A program made the position numbers and the translations under genes. Below the pieces are notes generated by a model, which saw nothing but the letters and a program-made list of their open reading frames with translations, was not told where the DNA came from and made no database searches. Source: Podarcis pityusensis (Eukaryota). From it: DNA of 64,000 bases. Location of the stretch: assembly GCA_964106645.2 (NCBI GenBank), contig OZ067045.1. One strand, written 5' to 3'. Shown here piece by piece: positions 1-12,290 of the stretch. Position 1 is the stretch's first letter, and every line of letters begins with the position of its first letter.

Positions 1-282
1 TGAGTCAGGTTTTCCTTTATTGCTAGTGTATCCGGACAATTTTCATTTATTGGGGTTTTAATGTGAAAGGGAGAAGTGTTATGGGGAGAGACAATGTCCC
101 CAAGGGTCACCCCATACCAGAAAGTTTTCATTGAGCAGAACCACAGCAATGCTTATAGAGCTTTATTGCCTGAACATTAGATTTTGTTTAATGGGGGGGG
201 GGGGAGAATGAAAATCAAATGTCTTTGGAATGTTTGAGGATATTTAAATCCATATAAATCCATTCAGTTGTGGGGAATAATG

Positions 283-440
283 TTTCTAAATATCAGTTGC
301 TGGAAACCACAGGAGGAGAAAGTGCTCTTGTGCTCGGATCCTGCTTACAGGTTTCCCACAGGCATCTGGGTGGCCACTGTGAGAAAAGGATGCTGGACTA
401 GATGGGCTGTTGGCCTGATCCAGCAGGCTTTGTTTATCAT
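283..440 (+). mobile_element. CR1 LINE 3' end fragment
   Basis: Squamate CR1 3'UTR motif ggcatctgggtggccactgtgagaaaaggatgctggactagatggg...ggcctgatccagcagg, which recurs at 1620, 25370, 26640, 44620, 45100 and (minus) 48845. Confidence 0.8.
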
Positions 441-601
441 TTATGTTATTGTATGTATATCACCCATCCTGGAAAATGAAAGGATTAATTATTGTTAACT
501 TAAAGGGGACAAAAACGCAAAGACTCTATTTGGTGAAAGTTAGTCATTATGAAGTCCTCAGAGTATCATACTCAGAGTAGACCCACTGAAACTATTATAA
601 A

Positions 602-715
602 ATAAGAAACGAAAAACCCTGCTGTCCATCTGGTCCATCAGCCTTTTCTCACAGTGGCCACCCAAATGCCCCAATGGGAAGCCTTCAAGGAGGACCTAAG
701 TGCAACTGAGCTCTC
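602..715 (-). mobile_element. CR1 LINE 3' end fragment (degenerate)
   Basis: Reverse complement of the same motif (ttctcacagtggccacccaaatgcc). Confidence 0.65.
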
Positions 716-1619
716 ACCACCACTAGAACAACTTATTGGTCAAGACTAATTGAAGCCCAATAACATTGAATGGAGGAATTCATGCACCAGTTTAACCAGA
801 ACAGGACCAAGAGGGGGAAGGAGAAGGTGAATATGGGCTATAATGGGGGAAAGACTGATAAACCGTGGATAAGCATGGATAAACTAAGAATGTATCAAGT
901 GATTGTCAGGAGCTCATCCTACACTTGAGTAGGACCCTGGCAGAGTCACATGCCCAACTGGCATGTTCTCTCCCTCCTGGTCAATCATTTTGGAGCTTCA
1001 TTAGCTTTCTTCAGCCCAAACATCACAGTGACCGATGCCAACAAACACTGACACACAGGGATCCGCAGAGTCTTTGCAGCTTGTGTAACAGACCTCAGCA
1101 ACAGCATTATGGCTAATTTACATATTTACATATAAACACACACGGAGCACTGCGACATGGTTCCCTCTGTCTCTAGCATCAGACACAACAACAAAGGACA
1201 ATAGTCCCACTTCATGGAACACAGTAACACAAACATATCCTGTCTCTGTCACTTCCCACTCTGTGGAGTCAAAACATACACCGTCATGTGATAGACAAAA
1301 ATCCCATGACTGCAATCATGGAGCAGGAATTCTAACAGTGATTGCACTGGGTTCCATTCCACTAGAAAGACACTAGTCTTGGCAAGACACAAGGAGAAGA
1401 AGTAACCCTGAGAATCCTCAGAAGATTCTGCAAAGAATGAGGAAATGGCCACTGGGTCATTGTTGCCCTATTGAGGGACTGGTGAACCATATTTACTGCT
1501 TTGGATGATGGGGTAGGACAGGGATAAGATTCTTGTGTTCTGAGGTTGTGGGACTCCAGCTCCCATCAGCCCCAGCCAGCATAACAAATGGTCAGGAACG
1601 TTAAGAGATGAGGTCATGA

Positions 1620-1795
1620 TCTACCTTCAGGGTTAGAGGCAGTATTCTGAATAACAGTTGTTGGAAACCACAAGAAGGGAAAGTGCTCTTGTGCTCAGGT
1701 CTTGCTTCAGGTCTCCCACAGGCATATAGGAGGCCACCGTGAGAAGAGGATACCTGAATAAATGGGTCACTGACCTAATCTAGGAAGGCGCTTCA
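1620..1795 (+). mobile_element. CR1 LINE 3' end fragment
   Basis: gttggaaaccacaagaagggaaagtgctcttgtgctcagg...ggccaccgtgagaagagga, aligns with the 283-440 copy. Confidence 0.7.
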
Positions 1796-2259
1796 CATCT
1801 GGGACAGGATCCACATTCCTACACTAGGAGAACCTTCTCAACTGCAAGTTCTTCTGGAGATAGAATGCATTTGCATGCCAGTTGCCCTGAATCAGAAGTG
1901 GGAAAAGTACCCTTGACCTCCTGCTTTTGGGCTTCCCGGTCATGTTCACGTTCACTATCATTTTGTATTGTTTCTATACGTTATCATATAGATTGCTATA
2001 TGCCACCTTGCATATTGTACAAATTAACAGTATATAAATACTTTTCTAAATGAGGTAAAGTAAATAAAAAATGCACCCCCAGTCATTTCAACCCAACAAT
2101 GAAACACCTCGCATCATGCTAGTGAAATGATTCAGATGATTTGGTAAAAACATCAACATCAGAAGGCATGCATTAGCTTCATAGATGCTTGAGATCCATG
2201 GAGAAACAACTTGGGTGGGGGGGAGTTATTACTATCTCCCCCCTCACGCAAACACAATA

Positions 2260-2493
2260 CAGTGGTACCTCGGGTTAAGAACTTAATTTGTTCTGGAGGT
2301 CCGTTCTTAACCTGAAACTGTTCTTAACCTGAAGCACCACTTTAGGTAATGGCGCCTTGCGCTGCTGCCATCGAGCGATTTCTGTTCTCATCCTGAAGCA
2401 AAGTTCTTAACCTGAGGTACTATTTCTGGGTTAGAGGAGTCTGTAACCTGAAGTGTCTGTAACCTGAAACATCTGTAACCTGAGGTACCACTG
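2260..2493. mobile_element. Tc1/mariner-superfamily (Tigger/pogo-like) MITE
   Basis: TIR CAGTGGTACCTC...GAGGTACCACTG, TA TSD on both sides, subterminal TAACCTGA repeats, no ORF. Confidence 0.9.
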
Positions 2494-3901
2494 TATCATA
2501 CTCGGGGGTGGTTCTACCATTAGGCAGAATGAAACATCGTCCTCAGGTGCTGGCAGATGTGAGAATGCGGGGAACAGTGGTGAGTTTTGGGGACTAGAAA
2601 GGTAAGAGAGATGTGTTGATTAATTGAGCTGCCCTTCACCACTTATGCTAACCTGCTGTCTTCACATGTAGGGGTGGTGGGGTGGCCACCCTTTGCCATT
2701 GTTGAAGTCACATCCAGCTGTCAATCTGGTCGGCTTTTATTACATAGGAGAGGAGGGCGGTATCATCTTGTTCTTTGCCTTGGGTTGCAAAATGTCTTAG
2801 AAGAGCCCTAAGAATGATGCAGGGCTTGCGGGAGGCAGAAGGTGAAAACTCTTTGGCAGCAGAACATAGGATGCTTCCAGGCAGACCCATTATTCTATTA
2901 GTGTTGGCTGCGGTGATGGCTGAGGCTGCAAAGTAGCAACAATTTCATTAGGATGGGAAAACACATTTAAAAGAGAACCTAGAATGCTGCCACTTAAAAA
3001 CAGGATAAGGGTAGATTGCTTATAAACTCAGAGCTGTTGTGTCCACTAGGGATAAGCAACTCCCTTCAAATTGATTCAGAATTGGGCTCAGTGAGCTGAG
3101 CTAGTAACAACAACAACAATCCCTGTAACAGTTATTTCCTGGTTTTATCAACCCATCGTTTGTGTTTGCATCTAAACCAACAAATTGTGGCTGGACTGAG
3201 TTCTTCAAACCAGGATTGCATGCCATCATTTAGTTTGGGGTAGGGAAGCTCACTCAAATCAAAGCTTACCAGTTCAGATGTAACAATAAACTATGGTGTG
3301 AATAAATCAACTAGCAACGTATTAAGTAAGCTGCACAAAGACAGAAGGGAAAGAGGAAGCTTAGTGAGCCTCAGACTGAAGGACTGTTGGATACGTGATG
3401 CACATTCCCCTGTGAAACAGTGCTAAAAAAAATGATGAGTTGGTTTATTGGATCAGACCCAAAGTCCATTTAGTTCAGCATTCTGTGCTTAGTTGGGAAA
3501 AATGCATTGTTGCTGACTAAGGGTGCATTCAGACAAGGGGAATGTTGTTAGTGTTCCTAGTTATAATGCTAGACCTTCTGTCCAGTTTTTTAATATTCCT
3601 TTTACACTGCATTACCTGTTGTGCTATGGCACTGTGGCAATTTGACCAATATACTGGAATGTCACATTAAATTGCATTCACAACAGCAGGCATGGTATGC
3701 CACCACAATGAACATCACTGGACAAACTCACTCCTTCTCTACCCTTTCCACACATGCTTCTGTTCCCCCAAGATTCCCCCATGAAAACAGCAGGAAAGAG
3801 CTATATGTCAGAATACAGCCCCAAATTTTGGCATTTTACTCCTGCAGTTTTCTGGGTTGAGGGAGATGGAAAATGATTTTTTTTCTGGAAAAGTGTTGTG
3901 T

Positions 3902-4175
3902 AGTGTGGTGTAGTGGTTAAGAGTGGTAGACTCGTAATCTGGTGAACTGGGTTTGATTCCCCGCTCCTCCACATGCAGCTGCTGGGTGACCTTGGGCTAG
4001 TCACACTTCTCTGAAGTCTCTCAGCCCCACTCATCTCACAGAGTGTTTGTTGTGGGAGAGGAAGGGAAAGGAGATTGTTAGCCACTTTGAGACTCCTTCT
4101 GGTAGATAAAGCGGGATATCAAATCCAAACTCCTCCTCCTCCTCCTCCTCCTCCTCCTCCTCTTTTTCTTCTTCT
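3902..4175 (+). mobile_element. Squam3-type (Ther1/MIR-derived) tRNA SINE, young subfamily
   Basis: Pol III A box ggtgtagtgg, B-box-like gggtttgattccc, core gggtgaccttgggctagtcac, (TCC)n/(TTC)n tail; near-identical copy at 47842-48093. Confidence 0.85.
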
Positions 4176-4186
4176 ACATGGAATAG

Positions 4187-4539
4187 ATCCCTAAATGGCC
4201 TCGGTCCAGTATACTTGAAGGAGTGTCTCCACCCCCATCGTTCTGCCCGGACACTGAGGTCCAGTGCCAAGGGCCTTCTGGTGGTTCCCTCGCTGTGAGA
4301 AGCCAAGTTACAGGGAATTAGGCAGAGGGCCTTCTCAGTAGTGGCACCCGCCCTGTGGAACGCCCTCCCACCAAATGTCAAAGAAAAAAACAACTACCAG
4401 ACTTTTAGAAGACATCTGAAGGCAGCCCTGTTTAGGAAAGCTTTTAATGTATGACAGACTATTGTATTTCAATATTTTTTTGGGAAGCCGCCCAGCGTGG
4501 CTGGGGAAACCCAGCCAGATGGGTGGGGTATAAATAATA

Positions 4540-4585
<46 letters not shown>

Positions 4586-4586
4586 A
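4187..4586 (+). mobile_element. L2-clade LINE 3' end (ORF2 C-terminus plus 3'UTR)
   Basis: Translates LNGLGPVYLKE...RAFSVVAPALWNALP...FRRHLKAALF with an internal stop; ends in a (TTG)n tail. Confidence 0.9.
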
Positions 4587-5174
4587 TCCACTGACATCAA
4601 CAGACTTTACTAACTTAAGCCTATGGATTTCGATGGATCCCTTTAGAATATGACTTCACTTAATTCAACCCAAGGCTTCGGAATGGGGTAACAATGAGAT
4701 ATTGTTTTTTCACAATAATAATTGTGAAGCACTTCCTGTTACGCTGACACCACACAGTTCCATCTTGGTGGTAATGAAGAAACCTTCCCCCAAAGATGGA
4801 AGAAATCTTCCCTGCCAAACATGGAAAAAGAGATGGCCATGAAATACGTTGTTAACCTGTTAATATTAAAAATAAGGATTTCTCTTTTCTTCAGCATTAG
4901 TCTGATCAGTCCAAAAAAATGACATCATTCTCAGGATTAAGGCTATTTTAATTAAGTTTCCAACTCGGTCTGAAAATCAGCCCAGTGGTCTACAGTATCT
5001 CTAGACATTCCATTTGCCATATCTACAAAATTAAATGGTAAGCTGATGCCATTCTGCTTTTCCAGATAATAGTTTTAAGGTGCACCCCAACCCCCCAGGA
5101 AAAGATAGCCAAATAGCAGAAAGGCTGAATCAAAAGCAGGTTACACAGACAGGTTTGCAGGACCAAACCTGGAT

Positions 5175-5535
5175 GCGGCTCAGAGGTAGAACATCTGGTT
5201 TGCATGCAGAAGGTCCCAGGCTCAATACCTGGCATCTTGGGGTAGGACTGGGAGAGATTTCTTTCTGTGCCAGCCCACCCAGGAGACAAGGTGAGGTCAC
5301 CACTTCAGGTGGCAGGACCCACAGGACAGTAGAACCTGATGTAGATCTTTATTCCCAACTCCCTTGTTCCTGATGTACATCTTCACTCATCCCTTCTTTC
5401 TTGGTGGGGTGGGAAAATGCCAATTTGTGGTTCACCTCAGGTACCAACATGTCTTGGGCTGGCCCTGCAGTTTAATCTACAAAAAACTCGATGGGCCCAT
5501 TGGTCTGAGTCAGCTTAAGGCAGCTTCCTATGGAC
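5175..5535 (+). mobile_element. tRNA(Ala-like)-headed SINE with CR1-like tail, split by an inserted repeat (~5265-5470)
   Basis: gctcagaggtagaacatctggtttgcatgcagaaggtcccagg head and ...gatgggcccattggtctgagtcag...ggcagcttcctatg tail; related copies near 23960, 35555, 49265, 57440. Confidence 0.6.
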
Positions 5536-5673
5536 ATCAATTCACAGTTGTTGGTATACAGAACAACACATTCTGCACATGCTTATTTAAAAGTAAGTCC
5601 CATTTTGTTCAATTGGGCTTAATCTCAAGTAAGACTATACTAGCTGGCTTTGGCCAGCCGCAGTCCCAGACTT

Positions 5674-6031
5674 AAGGTAAAGTTAAAGGGACCCCTGACC
5701 ATTAGGTCCAGTCATGTCCGACTCTGGGGTTGCGGCGCTCATCTCGCTTTATTGGCCAAGGGAGCCGATGCACAGCTTCCGGGTCATGTGGCCAGCATGA
5801 CTAAGCCATTTCTGGTGAACCAGAGCAGTGCACAGAAACGCCGTTTACCTTCCCGCCAGAGCGGTACCTATTTATCTACTTGCACTTTTTGGGGTGCTTT
5901 CGAACTGCTAGGTTGGAAGGAGCAGGGAGCGAGCAATGGGAGCTCACCCCAATGCGGGGATTCGAACCGCTGACCTTCTGATCGGCAAGTCCTAGGCTTT
6001 GTGGTTTAACCCACAGCACCACCCACGTCCC
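5674..6031 (-). mobile_element. Sauria SINE, full length
   Basis: (ACCTTT)-type tail on minus strand, body gggtcatgtggccagcatgact...gtacctatttatctacttgcac, tRNA-like head ending GGGACG; partial TSD ccagac. Confidence 0.92.
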
Positions 6032-6689
6032 CCAGACAAACTTACCTGTGAGCAAATCCAATTTGACACAGTGCAACTTAATTCTGAGTAAGCATGCACT
6101 GAATTGCACTGCACCTGTTTGTTTCTTAAGACATTTCCTTTCTGGTCATCCTTGCAATCTGAACTTTCTGTGTATGGGTGTATGCAGTTTTTGGCCACCC
6201 TCACCACTGGAGGAGCTGGCTTTGTGTGTGCATGTGTGCCCCCTTGTAAATCATGCCTCTCAGGGCCTGGGGCCAGGAGTCAGATTCTTCTTCATCAGCT
6301 GATACAAGATAAGAACTCAGAACCTGAAGGGAAAGTGCAAGCAGGTCCAGTCAGAGAGGTGCTGCTACTAGATGAACCTATAGATGCTGGGCCTTCCCCC
6401 ACTCCCATCTCAATGATGTGGTACTGCCATCCTCTGTCTCTGAGGACTTTGCTGTATAAGACCCTGGAATACCTGAGTCTCTCCTGCTCCATCACGGTGG
6501 GAAATTACTAGAGAAGGCTGGGCCCCTTTAACAAGTAGCATCTTGCAGCACTGCACCAGTTGCTATGACATCATCATCATCATCATCATTCCATTAATGT
6601 GCATAGCTCTGTATATATTTTTTAAAAGGCCTCAGTTTCAGCTTGTTACTTGATGGAGTAACTTCAGAGCTCTGCATTTCACCAAGCAC

Positions 6690-6967
6690 AGCTCTGCACC
6701 CTGCCTTGCATCCACCCTGAAGCTCACCTTGTCCTGGTTGAGCTTTGCCACACCACAGAACAGGGCAGCACCTGTCAGCTTCCTCCTCCTTACTCTCAGA
6801 GACTCCCCTTGTAGAACTCAGTGGGGGGAGGATGGGAATAAAACTAGACTTCACTGGCTCTGCCTCCAATTGACTCCATCTCCATCAGTCATTGGCTTTG
6901 GTTCCAACCTACTGTTGACCTCCCTGCCTTCCATCCTACCAGTCTCAATGGGCACCAGTCACCACTG
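6690..6967. mobile_element. Old non-autonomous DNA-transposon-like repeat (hAT-like CCACTG end)
   Basis: Shares gtagaactca..ggggaggatggg..aaaac..ggctctgcct..gtcattggct..cctactgttga with 17700-17960 and 44349-44612. Confidence 0.55.
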
Positions 6968-7222
6968 GGGTAAAACTTTAAATCAAGACTGCAGCACACT
7001 TCTCTCTGCTTGCCTGGAGTGGATTGAAGAATCCATGTTGGTTGAGTTGACTGACATATTGTGCTGGAGAGGAATCGATCTTTTCCATATTCCACCAAAA
7101 CTTTTCAGAGTAGAGTAGACCCTTTCTTCCCAATCCTTCATTCTCCATCCAACATTCTTAAAGCATTACCTCTCTTCCTTATCACTCATTCCAGTCTTCC
7201 TGCAATATTAGACTAGGCCAAC

Positions 7223-7357
7223 AGTAACCCCCAATATGATGACTTCCAGAAGTTGTTGTCTTGCAGTTCACATCAACTCTGACCAATGGCACTGCTTTCT
7301 TTAGCTGATGGGAGTTGAAGTCCAACATCTAGAGGTTACCAAATTGGCTACCCCCAG
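7223..7357. mobile_element. Degenerate palindromic hAT-type MITE
   Basis: gctgatgggagttgaagtccaacatctagagg core, related to the TSD-flanked copies at 30253 and 59241. Confidence 0.55.
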
Positions 7358-7444
7358 GTTAGACATTGAAAGAGGTTATGTTGAGAGAGAAGAAGATGAC
7401 AACAAGTGTTTCTAGTTTTTGTTGTGATTTTCTAGATTTTTATA

Positions 7445-7531
7445 TTCTGTTGGAAGCTGCCCAGAGTGGCTGGGGCAACCCAGTCAGATAGGTAGGGTAT
7501 AAGTTGTTGTTGTTGTTGTTGTTGTTGTTGT
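7445..7531 (+). mobile_element. L2 LINE extreme 3' tail with (TTG)n
   Basis: ggaagctgcccagagtggctggggcaacccag..., matching 4484-4540. Confidence 0.8.
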
Positions 7532-10500
7532 ATTCTAACTTCTCTATCTCAAAGCTGAAATTATCTGCTGAGAAGTGAAGTTTAAATTTATGGCCTGACT
7601 CCGAAACCTCTTTTCCACTTTATTATTGCCATCAAAAATCTGCCTTGTAAGCATCTCCTAATAAAAGTTATCAATCCTAATAAAAGTTACTATTTGGGGT
7701 CATGCTTGCATTCTAAAAGAAGCCATTCCCATAATCATCAAGTATCAGACTTCCCACTCGCCTCCTCTCCTGCCAATCTGAAACAAACAAAAGGGCTACA
7801 AATTAGAAATAACTTGAAACTCATGAAATTTGCATGTGCAAAGATTTTTATAACTGCATTTTCACATGACAGCAGATGAAAATCTGCGCAGAAGAACAAA
7901 ACCTGTGCAATATTTAACAAGACAGCCAACTGTAAAACTCTCCTGTTTTCCTTTCCCTGATAATTAAACCATTAAAAGTAGCATTTTCAAGAGCCAATTT
8001 CAATAGGACAGTTGGGAGAACCCTAGCAAAACAAAGGGAACAGAGGCACATACTGAAGCTGTGTTTAAGTAACTGTTGCCCATTAGCATTTTTAATTACT
8101 GCCTCATTACCATATAGTTCAACAAGCAAGTCAAAGCTGTTGATTTCATCATTTGTAAAAGAAGGTAAACTACCCCCCCTCCTCATTTTATTAATTTACA
8201 CTCCATGGGAGCTTGTTGATGTCCCAGGCCTGAATGCAATTGCTTGGGTAATTCTCACAGAATAAAGAGTCCCCCCACTCTCATTCTTTTTTTTTTTTAA
8301 GCATGAAAAAGTTTTGTTTGAGAAAAGCATGACCCTCGATTCTCATTGATAGCTTCCACCGAGTGTAGGATTCAGTACATTCGAGCACAAAAGCTGAGAT
8401 TATCTCCTTCTGTTAAAGGCTTAAAATTCGACAACCAGCCCATGCCCGTTACCAGTATCAGATTATGATAACAAGATCATGTTCAGTTATAAAAACAAGT
8501 GTCGAAACTTTTCTCATGTCACTTTCGATCCAAGTCGCCCCCATTGCTGAGGGTGAAAGGATCCATCTGAATGCAGGCAGGCAGAAGCTCATTTTAAAGC
8601 TACCTCTTTGAACTGGATTCATGAGGTATTTGCATAAGAAGATTTGGCGAAAAAGAAAAGAGCTGGTGTTGCATCTGGCCATTAATATGCCTGCTAATAC
8701 AACACATTGTAAGCCTATTGAAGTCATACAAAAGGCTGCGATTCAAGGACAGTTATCCTATTGCCATTGTTAACATTTGAATTCAAGTAATATGTTCACT
8801 CTAGGAGTACAGTTGTTACAATTAGATATATTTTCTAGAACAGCATAAAGAGATAACGGCAATCAGAATGACAATAACTTCTGCTTTGAAGGGAGAGAGA
8901 GAGAGAAAGAAAAGACCCTTTTTGAATTCAGGGATCCCTTTCTTTGGTGCTGAGTCATCATCATTATTTTAAAATGAAAACCAGGAAACATCTTTTGCCA
9001 CATTATATATTTTTTAAAAGAATAAAGACTGCAGTGGCCAGCAATCCACAAATATGAGTGAAGGTTGTCTTTTGCAAGAATTTTAATGATAATAAAGAAA
9101 TCAAAGTTGAAATGCCCCAAATTTAGGTTTCTTAAAACGTGATCGTCTAGAATCTTCTTCATGAGCAGAAGGGGAGTATTTTAATCCGTCAGATGAACAA
9201 TGCAACAGCTTTGCTTGCACCAAGAAGGGAGAGCTTACGCACAATTCTTTCTTTCCCCCTGCCTACGGATTCATGGAAGTTTCCATATTTTCACAAACTT
9301 GAAATGCCAGAAAGGGCGGATTATTCGGCAAGAAGCCGGCACTACAGCCGGGTGGTGGATTCACAGTTGAAATGGTGGTGAGCAGAGAAATGGAAAGCTG
9401 TTTTCAGAAATGTCTTGAGATGCTTTTCAGTGAGGAACGTCAATGCAAAGACAGTGGGGGGAAGGGGGGGGGTTGAGGGAAATAAACCAACAAACAAATA
9501 CAGCAAATTAAAACATACCGTAGGTCTTTCCAGGACCCGACTCTTTGTATCAGGGAATGGGCTAACTAGCAATAACCCAACAAATCCAATACCCTTTTAT
9601 AAAGAGAAGAAGAAATGCTCCTTATTTTTTGGCCCCTGGGAAAGATATGATTTGGGGGGACACAGATGACCCCGTTGCAATTTCTGCTACCTACAACGAA
9701 AGTATTGTTGTGGGCCTAGTTGAAAATTCTGGACCCAGGGATTGTGTGGTGTCTCTTTCCTCTCTCATTCTCTCCCCCACTCCCCCCCCCCCACTTTTTA
9801 AAAAAACTTTGCATCCCTAAGAGAAGACTTCAAAGACCAGAGAGATATGTGCTTTGTCTTGTTTGGTCTCTGACTCTCAACATGTGGTTTTGCAGGCCCA
9901 AATACCGGCACCTTTTAACCTATTCTGTTCAGCTTAGGTCTTAACTCCATTTGAACATTAGGGAAACTATAGTAACCAATAATCTGGCCCCAGCACAATA
10001 GAAACTATGTATCTTGTCACACAAGAGCTGCCTGAAGATCACCATTCTAGACAAGTTTCTTTACAGGACTCGGGCTTTCTTTTCGTGGGGGCCCAGGCAG
10101 GCTCGCTGAAACGGTGTCAAAAGCCTGTCGCTTTTCTACTCCCTCCCCTTCCCCCCTCTTTTGACTGAGCTGGTGGGGGGAGAGGCACGAGGGGGTGGCG
10201 GTGGAGATCTGTGTGGTTAATTTATATTTAACAGATAGGATGTCGGCCCTGGAAAACGTATCCACGTTTTGATTGTCTATTACAAATGTTTTCATGAAGT
10301 TATAAATGACGGCTCTGGAGAAAAAGAAAAAAGGAGAAAGAATAGGGCCAAAAAAGCAAGACATCTCTTGGAGAAAGAGAGTCCAGCCAGTGGGAAGGTA
10401 GAACATATTGCTCCCCTCCCCTCCCTCCTGTTCCCCTTAACATAACTTTGTTTAGGGTCAATGTGAATGCAAGCAGCGTTGGCAGATGTCCCCTCTTTTA

Positions 10501-10747
10501 AGGGATAGCGCCTCTTCTATAGTACACCCATTGCCTAAATGACAAGGGACACTTCTCTACTGTACAATTCCATTGCTCCCTTGGAATCTCAGGAGACTTG
10601 CTGCAGCTCTGTATAGCCCTTTAATTTGAAACTATTGATCTGACAACTCTAGTTCAAATGAATCACAAACACTGGCCTAGTCGCTGGGCCTTAGCGTCTT
10701 GGGACATTGGTTATGCCTATCCTAGAAGCCACACACTCTCAACTTTG

Positions 10748-10965
10748 GAGAGCCATGGTAGTTTAGGATTTATAGAGTGTTGGACTAGAACCCAAGAGTC
10801 ATGGGTTCAAGTCCCCAAGAGGCCAGGCAGCTTGCGAAGTGACCTTGGACCAGGTACCGTTTCTCAGTCTAGCCTACCTCACAAGGTTGGAATGCTGCGG
10901 AGCAGCATGTATGCTACCTTGAACGATTTGGTGGAAAGGTGGACTATAAATGTAATAATAAATAA
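10748..10965 (+). mobile_element. Older Squam3/MIR-like SINE
   Basis: agagtgttggactag...gggttcaagtcccc...gtgaccttgg...gcctacctcacaagg, TAAA tail. Confidence 0.7.
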
Positions 10966-11649
10966 AAAGTTCATAAGCTTAGTTTCTGAACTAGGAACTA
11001 GCATGTGGGTGTATGCAGAAACTGCTGGCTTTCACTTAGTTGGAATGTTGCCATTTTTGCACAAAGGTAAGAGCCATGTCTGTTGCTCGACCACTTTTGC
11101 TTCTAGCCTGGCCCATAACTGACATACAGCCCCTGGAAATTTGCCCAGAAAGGAATGAGGCCCTCAGGATTGTTCCACAGCTCTGTCATAGTGGGTAGGT
11201 TCATCCATACAGGGAAGTCTCAGAACTATTGAACCCTGAGTGCTCTCTTTACCACAGACAAGAAGAGAATCTATGTGTTCTTTCATGGACAGGTGGGTTA
11301 TGGGGAACGTCATGGCTGTTATCAGATAGCGGTGAGTAAAAATATGACACATTTATTATGTATCACTTCACTTTGGTGCTTTCCTTCCAAGCTGCTCGGT
11401 GCACAAGAGAACACATAAATCATAAGCATGTATTATATACATAACAGCATCCTCTTCTCACAGTGGCTGACCACCTATGGGAAGCAGATAAGCAGGACCA
11501 GAATATAACAGCATTTTCCACACTTTTAATGCCAAGCAAACATGCATTCTAAACCTACAGAGGGCACTATCCCATGGGATAGTCTTCTGTAGAAGCCAGA
11601 GAACTCCTTGCCACGGGATCACATTCATCCAGTGCTTTACCAGCTGTAC

Positions 11650-12290
11650 TCACTCTCGGTTGAGTACAAGGTCAGGTTTTAGGTGCTGGTTTTGACCTTT
11701 AAAGCCTTATGTGGCCTAGGATCCTCGTACCTATGGGACCACCTCTCCTGGTATGCCCTGTGGAGACCTTAAGGTCTATAAATAACAACACTTTCGAGGT
11801 CCCAAGCCTCAAGGAGATTAGATTGGTTTCAACTAGGGCCAGGGCCTTTTCAGCCCTGGCCCCGACGTGGTGGAACGCTCTGTCACAAGAGACTAGGGCC
11901 CTGCGGGATTTGACATCTTTCCGCAGGGCCTGCAAGACAGAGCTGTTCCATCTGGCCTTTGGTTTAGACTCACTCTGACCCCTTATATGGGATTTGGTAT
12001 ATAAATTTTCTCTTGGCTTTTTTGCTGGCCCATGTAGGACCAGCATGGATAGCTGGCTCAAGTGAATATCTGATTTTTCCTCCCTTTATGGTCTTGATTT
12101 ATGGGCTACTACTAAAATGAGGCTGCATTTTAAGCTGTATTTTAATTAACTGTTTGTTTGTTGTTGTTGTTGTTTTGTTTTTTCCTATTACATTTTATTG
12201 TAATTCATATTTGGTGTTAGCCATCCTGAGCCTGGCCCTGACCAGGGAGGGCAGGGTATAAATAAAAATTTATTATATTATTTATTATTG
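11650..12290 (+). mobile_element. L2-clade LINE 3' end, second subfamily
   Basis: ORF 11709-11978 ...TRARAFSALAPTWWNALSQETRALRDLTSFRRACKTELF is an L2 ORF2 C-terminus; 3'UTR ends gggcagggtataaataa plus a TTA-rich tail. Confidence 0.85.

Noticed and set aside
283-715. Inverted CR1 pair as a functional dsRNA structure
   Set aside because: Copies are short and heavily diverged; expected from CR1 density
4031-4393. ORF with a poly-Glu tract
   Set aside because: Antisense read-through of an L2, a (TCC)n tail and a SINE
6246-6533. Possible third solo LTR (TG...CA segment ending gggcccctttaaca)
   Set aside because: No TSD or convincing terminal inverted repeat found; left unclassified
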